Shown here piece after piece: positions 39,601-51,600 of a DNA stretch of 64,000 nt. Under the pieces are notes generated by a model. The model made no database searches. It saw nothing but the letters and a program-made list of their open reading frames with translations, and was not told the origin of the DNA. Position 1 is the first letter of the stretch; the number at the start of each line of letters is the position of its first letter. The stretch covers positions 19,840,001 to 19,904,000 of the forward strand of contig OZ116711.1 of assembly GCA_964199315.1 (NCBI GenBank). Reading direction: 5' to 3'. Both the position numbers and the translations under genes were made by a program. This DNA comes from Orbicella franksi (Eukaryota).

Positions 39601-42600
39601 GATCATCAGCAAACTTGCCAATGGGTGTGACAGCCTTAAGTACCAAAGGATACGCTTTCTCCTTCACTGAGATGAAAATGTTTCTGCCAAATTTAATGAG
39701 AGGGCGGTGAGTCTTCATCAACTTTCTGTAAGCAACCAAGGACACCCTCCCGACACGAATGTATATGGTCCTGATTTGTTGAGTCACGTTCCGAGCCAGA
39801 TGAATGGCTTGAATGGTAGCATTTCTCATGAGCTTGGGAAGAACTTTGGTCAAATTCTTTGTGAAATTCAACGCTGTTTGATGGATCAGACAGGCCTTCT
39901 TCCTGAGAATCTTGATGTTCTTCCAGGCAGTCTTGTTAAGCAACTCGAACTTCTCCCGGAAGGTCCTGTTCAGCAGCTTGAAATGCTCCTCGAGTGTCTT
40001 GTTTAGAACAGTGATGTTACGAACGCTCAAGAAATGTTCCCCAAGGGTCTTGTTTAGAACAGTTATATTACGAACAATCAGCGTCAAGTTCTTGGCAATG
40101 ATGGTCACATTCTTCAGGGTGCAAGAAGCATTGAAGTTGCATGTAAATTCCTTTACCTCAACCATGTACTTATCATACAGAGGGCCTACTTTCTGTCCGC
40201 GGATCTCAACTTCTCGCATCTTGATGATTAGCTGGCGTGTCTTCACCTTCATTTTCTCGACAAGTTCTGCGGTAGTAACTTCAACCTTTTTGGAAACGCG
40301 CTTGGCGATATCCCCAAGTTTTTCTCCACGAACCGTTACGGTGCTCACCATAATGGATACGTTATTGGCCCAGACTCTAACATCTCGGCTGATGTTCTTT
40401 AGATGGAGGGTGATATTTCCAATTATGGGTGGAAGCACCTCTGTGCGGAACCTTTTGTAGGCGATTGTGACGTTCAGACGAATTCTCTTGTAAAGTTCGG
40501 TGGCGTTACCCATCATCTTTGGAAGCCTGTTGATTGTGTCATTGAGTGTCTGAATAGTGACGTTAAAAAGACTCTGCGTCAAGTTCTGGGCCTTGATTGT
40601 GGCATTCTGGAGCAGTCCTGTGTAGTTGTAATTCTTGACTTGGGCGTACAACTTCAGAACGACAGGTTTGATCTTGGCTTCGAGTTTCTTGACAAGCACT
40701 TGGACCTCTTTGGTAAGGTTTTGCCCCATAAGGATTGTCAGATTGTAGTACCTCAGGGTTACATTTCTGATTAACGTCTTCAGAAGTTTAACTCGGTTCA
40801 TGAGCGTGGTTATGGTCGAGGTATTCCAAGTCAGCGAAAGACGGCTTGCCTCAGCGTTTAAGAGGTACATCAGGCGAGACTCGTTCACCACATTCTCACC
40901 AAATTTGCTTTGGATGGTCACCTGGAGGCGATAGTCATCTGGCATCTCCCCGACAACCTGCCCTGAGATTCTTGGAGTGACGGTTACATTGAAGACAATG
41001 CTTCTTGAAGAGGGGTTAAATCTCAGGAACCACCCTGCTTTGTGATTTTCATAACTGACGAAGGTGCTAACGATATAGTTCTTCCAGTCGAACCTCCCGG
41101 AGAAACCAACGGTACGTTTCAATGCTGAGAATGTCAAGAAGAGTGTCTTGGTTTCCATGTCCAGCTTCTCAGTAAATGTTAGTGTTCGCTTGAAGATCGT
41201 TACGCCAGAAGTGAAGGACTTCGTTAACTTGTCATACTCCCAGGCCAGCGAAAGTGACTTCTTAAACCCTTTCAAATCCATAACTATTCCCATGCCTTCA
41301 GTATTGTCCCAACTAACGTCAAGAACCACTGGTGCATTAGGCAATACGTCAATCGAAAGATGAAGTTTTTGTTCGTCCCACTTTAAGTCGATCTTATGAT
41401 TCCATGTCCTATTGAAGGCTGCAATCTCCGTCGTGAAAAGCAGACCGTGTTCTCTGCTTAACACACCTCTAACTTCCAAAGGAAAAGCGGGGAAGATCTC
41501 AAAGTGGCCTTCGTATTCCCCTGTGCTTTTGCTGTATTGAAGCCAATTTTCAATCTTCTTATCGAAAGCGGAGACCATGCTACTTACTGACAGACCATCG
41601 TAAGTGTTCCAGCTAGTCGTCCATGTAATTGGTCTTCTTGGAATGAATTCGACTCTGACATCAACGGACTTGCGTTCCTTGTACCAGATTAGAGACTGTG
41701 TCATCGTTTTTTCAGGAAGGTACTCGACGGTAAGAGTATTGGAGAGTTCCTCGGAGGTGTTTCTATAAATACCAGTCAGTGAAACCTCCTTGCCCTTGGT
41801 GTAAATCAGCGATACCTTGGCCTCATGATAAGAATCCTCAGCATTGGAGTAGTTGTTGTAAGAAGCATCCCAGCCATACTCGAAGGTGCGGCCCATCGTT
41901 TTAACAATGTACTGGTAGCCGAGTTCGTGACTCTTCTCCGCTCTGGAGTACGTAAGTTTGGAGCTATCAAAGAAAAGACTTTGACTTCCATTTCGAAGTA
42001 TACGGAGCATGACAAGTTCTTTTAGGCCCGTTTCCTTGGTGATAAGGGTGTTCTGCCATTCACCAACAAAGCGACCAATGTGGACGCGATACTCGAGCAT
42101 CTTACGGTGAGCAGTGTTCAAACACATGACAGATGATTTGGCTGCAATTGTTTTGTTCCAGAACAGGACAACAGCAGCTTCTTTCAAGGTCTTGCCGTTG
42201 AGCCAGACGCCTTCCACGCCGACCTGCTTCTTGAAAACGGTGGCGTTAAATCCGATTGCTTTCTCAGTGTCGTTGCGGAAGTAGAGTGACGCACCGACTG
42301 ACTTGTTCACCACTGTTGCATTAAAATGGAGGCTCTTCAACTCGTCGGTGTGGAAGGAGCTCACCCAAGATTCGAAGAAGATTGTCTTGTTAAACTTGGC
42401 AGTCAGACGAATACCACAACACATGGGATCCTCAAACCTTTGTGTTTTCAATTCACCAGTTCGGTTAAGGACGGTCAAGTTGAGGGCCATGCTCCTCTCG
42501 GCCGAGCTATTTGTGAAAACAGCGCATAGTTTCCCACGCGACTGACCGCGGTATTCGGGGTAGATGCAGGCACTTTTCTGCGAAGGTGAATTCTGGAGGA

Positions 42601-45600
42601 GTCCAACAAGAGCGACAGTGGAATTCTGATAAGCAGCCCTAATGACAACCTTGCTCTCTTTCTCTTGGAAGACGAGTTTGCTTAACAGGTCAAACGATTT
42701 GTTGCAGCATCTCATGTTTAGGTGTAAGCCCGTGCTAGCTGAATTACGGAAATAAACTAAAGAGGTATTCATGGTCTTGTTCATAACTGCAAGATTGAAC
42801 TTGAGTCCTTTCTCGCCATCGAGGTTAACCAGGGTCCAGACAGCTTCCATAGTCTTGTTCAGGGCTGAAGCATTGAACTTGACGGATCTTTCGTTCTCGC
42901 TCCTCATGTAACTCCAGACAGCTTCAACTGATTTGTTCACGGCAGAGGTATGGAACTTGATGGCTCTCTCATCCCCATTCTTCAAATACGTCCAGAAGGC
43001 TTCTACAGTATTGTTCAAGGCTGAAACATTAAACTTGATGGATCTTTCATTGTCACTCTTCGAATAACTCCAAACTGCTTCAAGAGTTTTGTTCACGACG
43101 GAACCGTAGAACTTGATAGCTCTCTCGTCCTCAGTCATTGCATAACTCCAGACAGCCTCGATAGTTCTGTTCATGGCTGAAGCATTGAACTTGATAGCTC
43201 TCTCGACGTCGCTCCTCACATAACTCCAGACAGCCTCGATAGTTTTGTTCAAGGCCGAAGCATTGAACTTGATCGCCTTCTCATTCGTGTTGCTTGCATA
43301 ACTCCAGACGGCCTCGATACTTTTGTTCATGGCTGAAGCATTGAACTTGATAGCTTTCTCGTCTTCGCTCATCTTATAACTCCAGACAGCCTCGATGGTT
43401 TTGTTCAAGGCTGAAGCATGGAACTTGATAGCCTTCTCATTCTTGTTGCTTGCATAACTCCAGACGGCCTCGATACTTTTGTTCATGGCTGAAGCATTGA
43501 ACTTGATAGCTCTCTCGTCTTCGCTTATCTCATAACTCCAGACAGCCTCGATGGTTTTGTTCAAGGCTGAAGCATGGAACTTGATAGCCTTCTCATTCTT
43601 GTTGCTTGCATAACTCCAGACGGCCTCGATACTTTTGTTCATGGTTGAAGCATTGAACTTGATAGCTCTCTCGTCTTCGCTTATCTCATAACTCCAGACA
43701 GCCTCGATGGTTTTGTTTAAGGCTGAAGCATGGAACTTGATAGCCTTCTCATTCTTGTTGCTTGCATAACTCCAGACGGCCTCGATACTTTTGTTCATGG
43801 CTGAAGCATTGAACTTGATAGCTCTCTCGTCTTCGCTTATCTCATAACTCCAGACAGCCTCGATGGTTTTGTTCAAGGCTGAAGCATGGAACTTGATAGC
43901 CTTCTCATTCCTGTCGCCTGCATAACTCCAGACAGCCTCGATTGTCTTGTTCATGGCTGAAGCATTAAACTTGATAGCTCTCTCGTCCTCGCTGCTCACA
44001 TAACTCCAGACAGCGTCAATAGTTTTGTTCATGGCTGAAGCATTGAACTTGATAGCCTTCTCATTTTCGCTCCTCTCATAACTCCAGACAGTCTCAATAG
44101 TTTTGTTTATGGCTGAAGCATTGAACTTGATAGCCTTCTCATTCTTGCTGTTCAGGAACGTCCAGATAGCTTCTACAGATTTGTTCGAGACAGAAGCATT
44201 AAATTTGATGGCTGTCTTGTCTCCAGTCTTCACGTAACTTAAGACAGCTTCAGCAGTTTTCCTCATGGCGGAAGCATTAAATTTAATGGAACTTTCATTC
44301 TCCTTCTTCAAGTAACTCCAGAAGGCCTCGGCACTTCGGTTGAATCCAGTGGCGTTGAATTTGATCAGCTTCTCGTTCTTGAAATTAATAAAGGTCCACA
44401 TGGTCTCTATCGTCTTGTTTAAGGCAGATCCGTTAAACTTGATGCTCTTCTCAGTGGCAAAATTCAGGAACGATAAGGTCGTTTCGATGGATTTATTAAC
44501 GGCGTTGGCCTTGAACTTCAAACCCTTCTCGCTCGTGAAGTTAAAGAAGGTCCAAGTGGCTTCAGTTGTCCTGTTTAGAACACTAGCCCTGAACTTCAAA
44601 CTCTTCTCGTTTCGTGAATTGAGGAAGGTCCACCTGGCTTCTATGGTCTTGTTTAGAGCGCTGGCCTCAAACTTCAAACTGTTCTGGTTGTCCGATTTAA
44701 GCAGGGTCCAAGTGGCATTGACGGTTTTGTTAACTGCACTTGCCTGGAACTTCAAACCTTTCTCGTTTTCCAGATTAAAGAACGTCCAAGTGGCGTTAAC
44801 AGACTTTTTTAAAGCACTTGCCTGGAATTTCAAGCTTTTCTCGTTTTCCAAGTTAAGGAAGGTCCACGTGGCATCCATAGTTTTGTTAACTGCACTTCCC
44901 TGGAACTTTAAACTCTTCTCGTTTTCCAAGTTAAGGAACGTCCACGTGGCGTTAACGGTCTTCTTCAAAGCACTTGCCTGGAATTTCAAGCTCTTTTCGT
45001 TTTCCAAGTTGAGGAAGCTCCAGGTGGCATCAACGGTTTTGTTCATAGCATTTGCCTTGAAGTTCAAGCTCTTCTTGTTTTCCAAGTTTAGGAATGACCA
45101 AGTGGCATTGATGCTCTTGTTTCCAGCACTAGCATTGAAAATCAAACTCTTCTCGTTTGGCAAGTTAAGGACACTCCATGTGGAATGGATGGTCTTGTTT
45201 AGAGCAATGGCCTTGAACACCAAACTCTTCTCAGTACTCTGGTCGATGAAAGTCCAGGTGGCATCGATGGTTTTGTTTAAGGCAGAAGCATTCAAACGAA
45301 GTCCTTTCTTGCTTTCGAGGTTGAAGTAGGACCACATGAGCTCGGCCGTTTTGTTCAAGGCAGTGACGTTAAATAACAATCCTATCTCTTTTCCAGCGTT
45401 GACATACGACCACACAGCCTCCAAGGTCTTATTTAAAACGGTTGCATTAAGCTTGATGCTCTTTGCGTCTGAGAAATTGCGGAAGGTAAGAGCACTTTCG
45501 ATGGTGTGATTCAAGGCCATGGCGTCAAATCGCAGTCCTTTCTCTTTGCCCACGTTGACATACGACCAGAACGCTTCGATGGTCTTATTGATGGCAGTTG

Positions 45601-48600
45601 CATTGAACTTTAAGCTTTTTCCGCTTGTAAGGTTAACCAATGTCCAAGCTGCTTCTATGGTCTTGTTTAAACCTCTTCCATTGAACCTCAGCCCCTTCTC
45701 TTGACCAATGTTAACGTAAGACCATACAGCGTCCATGGACTTGTTCAGGAGCAATCCGTGGAACTTGATTCCTTTGTTCTGCGTGAGGTTGAAGTACGTC
45801 CAAACAGCTTCTGCTTTGCTACCAAGCACCGTGGCGTTTGTCTTTAGGGACTTCTCGTTGGTTGCGTTGACAATACCTGTGTACCATCTGATGACACGGT
45901 TCTTGTTGTCATGGCTGGCTGTGAAACGGATACCCTTTTCGTCTCCAGCCTTGGCGTAGGATCCACGAAGGGTAAATGACTGATCGCGTGGACGGGCAAA
46001 CAAGCGGAGAACACCTTCTTTCTGAGCTTTGAGAAGTCTGCCTGTTAATTCAATTCCAGCCTTCGTTGGTTCGTTGCTGAAGCTAAAGACGAAGTTGTCC
46101 TCCTCCTCTCCGAGATTACCATTGAAGCTGACCTCTGTCTTTGTGCAGGTATGGTTCGCCAGGAAGTTGACACTCTTCTTGGGGATGTTCAGTTCTCCAG
46201 AGGCGTACAGATACTTGCCTGTCCAGTACGTCATATTGCTGACGAAGCCATACACACCTGACCTGTTGTAGAGCTTTGTCAGCTGCTTGATGGTGTAGTT
46301 TTTGTACGATGCGGACAGTTGAACGCCAAGCTCTCGGGTGAGGCCACTCAGTTCCGTGTTGTTGAAAAAGTGACCATTTAGGACGATGGGGTGACCATAG
46401 ACAACGTCTTTGGCGGAATACGTCAGGTTCACAGCGTGCGTTATGTTGTTGTAAGTCGCCTCGAACTTGCCAAAATTTACGCCAACAGCACCGGTAGACA
46501 TGCTGAAGAGTTTGCCGTCTTTCTTGAGCCACAATGTACCGTTAGCCTCAAAGTTCCGCTCCCACATTGCTCCAGGAGTAGACATTTTGGCGATAACATC
46601 GTATTTGTTGTCATCCTCGGTTTCCAGGCGTTCTGCTATCAACTGATATTTCGTAAGCTTAGGATCCGTTCTTTGCATCGACAGACTGAAGGAAGCTGGG
46701 CCAGAGAACGGGAAGAATGGCGACTCGTAGTCACGATAACCCAACGGCAGAGAGAGTTGACCACAGAATGTTATTCCAAGAACACGTGTCATGTTCAGGC
46801 AAGGTGTTGGCTGCAAGAAACAATCAAATGGTTTATGGTTACCAAGGTTACTTAAAGGGACAATGCATAAACGACTTGTCTTGATGCATACATAACGATA
46901 GCTTCAAGACAGACAAATTTGAATTTTCAATGCTCTCAAATCAAAAGGTGTCTATCAGAAATAGGCTCTATGTGAGAATAGAGCAAAACACTTGACATCG
47001 CGGGTTCAAGTATCTTTACATTGTTTCTTTTGTTCTTTATCCAAAAGCAACCATGAACTCTACAGTTTCGCTAGCAAATACTACTTACACTTTGTCAACA
47101 AATTTGAGACAGTGTCACACAACAACAAATCGGAGACAGTGACATACAACATAATTATTAACTTACTTCGATCCTCCTTGGTGTTCCTTCAATGGGCAGT
47201 TTCTCGTCGTTGAGAGTGGTGAAAAGCGACGAACTGTAATGAAAGTAAAGGAGCTACGTCACGGTTAACGCATCGTGAAACGTTTAGCCTAAATTTTCAA
47301 ATTCGTTGTTTGTATTAAATCAGTGTTAATCTTTTCCATCCTTTATCATCCTTGCTCGTGTCTTTCTGTCTTATTCAACTATTATTTTAAAGATTCTTTT
47401 AATCGCGGACAAAATAACTCAAAATACTGTGGCTGAATTCCTTGCGTTTATCATAAGCTCTAAAAATAATCAATTGTACTTACGATACGTTGACAAACTG
47501 AACTGGCTCCTCAGGGACGCCGACTTCGAACTTTAAGATTTCTCCTTGAGTATAAGTGGCGTTTCCTTTGATCTGAGTAACAGTGTACAAAGATGAGTTG
47601 ACAAAGATACCAGCCTCCGCGTACAAAGCGCTGACTCCCATGCGACCAGTGATGTCAACAACGGCACTACAGGAAAGAAAAACACCACGAAAAATGAGAT
47701 AGAGTTGAACAAAATTAGGCTGCCACCACCGGCCATTATTAGGAAGTAGTCAGTAGCTGGATGAACTCTTGTCAAGCCAACTAGACATTGTAATATGGAT
47801 GTGGTCATCGAGTTTAAGGTTCCATCATAACTGACTTGGTTTATACTTGAAGGGTCCTCATCCCCGTGGACGAAATATAAACTCTTCTCAGAGACTGTCA
47901 CACGCGAAATAACAATTTCGGCTATTAGTTATTAACATTGTTCACTCTCGCTGTCTGCATTACAAATAATAAATGTAGGAGAAGTAAGAGACTTATATCA
48001 ATTAATCTACAACTTCTATGTACTCCTTTTTTATTAAATTTCGACAGTATTACACATGCAAGTATAGGAGCGCTTTTGGAATATGCCAAATTAAACGTTG
48101 CAAAAGTTGTGTAGTGCAATTCTACTGTGAGATAAAGTATCTAGTCGTTTACGTCTTGCGTTACCAGCCGTCCGAGCTATAAACAGGGGTTATTTTTAGC
48201 TTATTACGCAATGTAGTGAAAGGATTACGTGACCAGGTAAAAGAAGCATTCGTAGGTATTATTAGTAACTTTTCCGAAGACATACCTTGGTTTGACGTAG
48301 CCTCGTACATCAAAGTTCATTTTTCCCCAGAACATGTTCCTGATGTCAAACTTTCCAGCGAGTTCTACCGCGGCCACAGTGGTTCCCTTGGCGCTCAGTT
48401 TGAGTGGAAGACCAAGGATGGTGGGGACAGTAGTCTCGGCGTCTAGGAACATCATGCTCTTGCTGAAACTCTTCTTGCCTCCCTTGGCCAATGCGATCAA
48501 GATGTCAATCATGTTGATTTTGTCCACTTCGTCATTCAACCAGCTGATGTCGTCGAAACTGGCAAGTCTCATTTCGTTACCAAACATCTTCACAGAAACG

Positions 48601-51600
48601 GCTCCTGATGGATTATGCTTTCTCGTGTCCATCTACAAAGGAGAAAGGAAGTCACGCATCACGCATTACGAATTGATTAGATCAAGTCACAGCGGGGTGA
48701 TTCTTGCATTCCTTCTCAGGTCAATATTTTTTAGCAAAAAATTCCCGCTCAATTATGGATTATTATGGAAACAGTTACATGATGATAAAAGAGGATTGAA
48801 AAACATCGATTCAAGATTCCCGACATGCATCCTGTTGAACTGTTGTCGTGAATAAATTACGATATTATGGTAATAATTTTTGCTTCTTAACCTTTTAAGA
48901 GGTGTGTTGCAAAGCATAGACAGCCTCTTTATTTCTCCAGTATTCCCCAGTCCCAGAAGCGTTTTCCCGGACTTACCCTTCGGTGCAGTTTATTCAAATG
49001 GTTCTCTACTTTGTTGATGTCGTCATGAATGCTCCTCGTCCTCCTGAGTGGCAGATTTCTCACTGATTTCTCCTCCTTATCCCTCTCCTCGTGGGGTTTC
49101 AGGTTGAACATCTTCATGATGCGGTCGTCAGGGTAGTAACCATCTTCTCCAAACATCTGCTCAATGAGAATCTCGAATCCTTCAAAGCGTGCTGCGGCCT
49201 CGAGGACATTGATTGATGCACCCAACACGTCCACTGTCAAGTTGACCATGGCACTGCGTGGGAAAAAGCTGTTTGGATGGTAGATAAGATGGCTCTGCGC
49301 TGAACCGCCGAATCTCAGGACATCTGTAAGGTTGTGCAAGAATAATAAAATTATGAGATGACAGACAACAATGTTCGTGTAAACCATGTTTCCAAGATCA
49401 TTACGAAAACTGACCTCGTTTTCTAGTTAAATCTCTCGAATGGCTACATTGAGTTCGTGTACAGCGCATTAAACGCGGTGTAACAATCATGGCTATTGGT
49501 TTAAACCTAAGCTAGGTCACGACGTTGTTTTATATGCTACATAAAATCCTTTTGAACAATGGGCCCTGTTTGTGGGATACACTCTCTGTGTTGGATCTTT
49601 TCGTTGGCTTTAAAACGCGCTGCCAAATGCATTGCCTATTTACAACGCTTGTCCATGGGAGAGTTTATAGTTTGCATCAAAACACCAAGTTGATCAAGTC
49701 CTACATTTTCATAACTTGCTTCTCCTGTTTAGTTAGGGTTGGGTAATAGGAAGTTAGCACAGTTATCTTACCACTGTAGAATGACCCTTCCCATGCACGT
49801 GAGAATCTCAGTCTGTTCAGATTGAACTCTCGCAGCTTCATTCCATTAAGTGCGTCTTTCATCATCTCGGCCTGAGGCAGACCATGGACTGGTTCGGTCG
49901 AATCCATGGCATTCGTCATGTGCGACCACACGAATGATCCCACCTGATTATTAACTTCGTTCTTGAGGATACCGGCAACGCGTTTGAAGACCTCTGGGCT
50001 TGGACACTTCATGAGTGCCAGGTACGCTGCGATACGGATCTCAACGTCTAGATTGTACTCGCCATAGATCTGCAAAATCTGATCCGTCATTTCTTCATTG
50101 CAGGGCAAGCGTCGGAAAGCCTCTAGAGCTGCGATGCTCATGTTGACTGGAACATCTGGGTTAAGGGCGCATTTCAGAAGGACATTTTCGGCAGCAACGG
50201 GGCGACCCGCGTTTCCAATGGCTTTCAAGGTGATAAGAATGTTTTCGAAATCCTCTGGAGTTTTGCCTTTGCATTTTGTGTTCAAGCGAGACAGCAAGAA
50301 ATTTTCTGCCTTGGTGATCGGGTTCTCTTCATCCTGACGGAGAAAAAAGAGCAAAATACCTTATTTCACTATTGAAGGCTGCTAGATACAATATTAATGA
50401 AGAGCCCAGTATAATACAAGTTAAGTAAGACAACCAGAACGCCAGAAAAAGTACCATCTACTGGTTTCCTAATCAACATTTATGCAATAACGTTTTTCAT
50501 GGTATCATGTCAGGGATGAAACCAAGACATCATTACCTGGATGTCTTTCTAACTTTTTCTGCCCGTAGTCCTTCAGTTATCCATTAAATTACCCAGTCAA
50601 AGTATAAACTATCACCAGTCTCCATAGATTTCGTATAGTAGTAGTTGGCAGAATTGGCTCTGTTATAAACATACATTTTCTCTCGTCCAACCAACTTCTT
50701 TACATTTCGTATAGTACTTGGTAGAATGTGTCTGACCATTTATCTCCATCCTCTAAAGCGTCAAGTTCTCTTGACGCTGTTTTAAGTTCTCTTTGAACTG
50801 AAAAGAAGCGTTTAAAATAGTTGTTAAAACTATACCTCATCATTGCACTCCTGTGGGCTGTTCTCACAAACTTTGTGAATGAGTGTTCCGAGAGTCAACA
50901 TGGCGGTTCTGCCAGGATGCTCTTCACAAAGCTCCAGTACATGTCTAACAGTCTCCTTAGAGGGATTTGCTGCCATGGCCAAGCCTGCCAAGAACATGTT
51001 TCCACGTTCATGGCTGACCAGATCGTTTCTAATGGCATGGCTCATGACTTTAGCACATCCGCCGTTGCCGCAGTGAGGCAGAGCGTCGTAGAAATACTCA
51101 CTGAAAGGGGAAAAAATACCAGAAACGGGAGGTTAGCATTTTGACCTTTAAACTGGCTGTGCAAGGTGGTTCTGTAGATATTCATTACGCTGTACAAGGT
51201 GGTTCTAACTTGAGATGAGGATAGAAGCCTAGTGCATGATCATTCAAATAAAAGCTACTGAGCAGTACTTTCATGTGGTACTGTTTATTATGCTGCACAA
51301 ACGGGTTCTAACTTTGAAATCTGAAGATGACAGCCTACTTTGTGACCATTCAAATGAAACTATCAAGCAGTTCTTTCAGTTGCTACTGTTTAATAGGGAG
51401 TTTTAGCGATGACGGTGGCGACGGCGGGGACGACGCCTTGTAAAAAATGAATTAATATTTTATCTTCGAATATCGCAACTGTGTAAATCAGTTCAGTACG
51501 CCTATCGGTCTAAAAACTTTCTCAGGCTAAACATGCACCGACGTCGTTCAATTCCAAAAGAATATACGAAATATTAGCCATTGCGGTTCGCGTTCTCCAA

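Noticed and set aside
33608-45329. Long plus-strand ORFs (for example 36713-37894, 44340-45329, 33608-34447)
   Set aside because: Antisense shadows of the repetitive, codon-biased giant exon, with no independent motifs.
31120-46000. Regular repeats as a CRISPR-like array or non-coding satellite
   Set aside because: All periods are multiples of 3 within one open frame, there are no unique spacers or cas genes, and the context is eukaryotic.
47245-47535. Apparent complete TTAA-type MITE starting at AAAGGAGCTACGTCACG
   Set aside because: The presumed right end is an LLTP coding exon (47666-47484). At most a truncated repeat remains.
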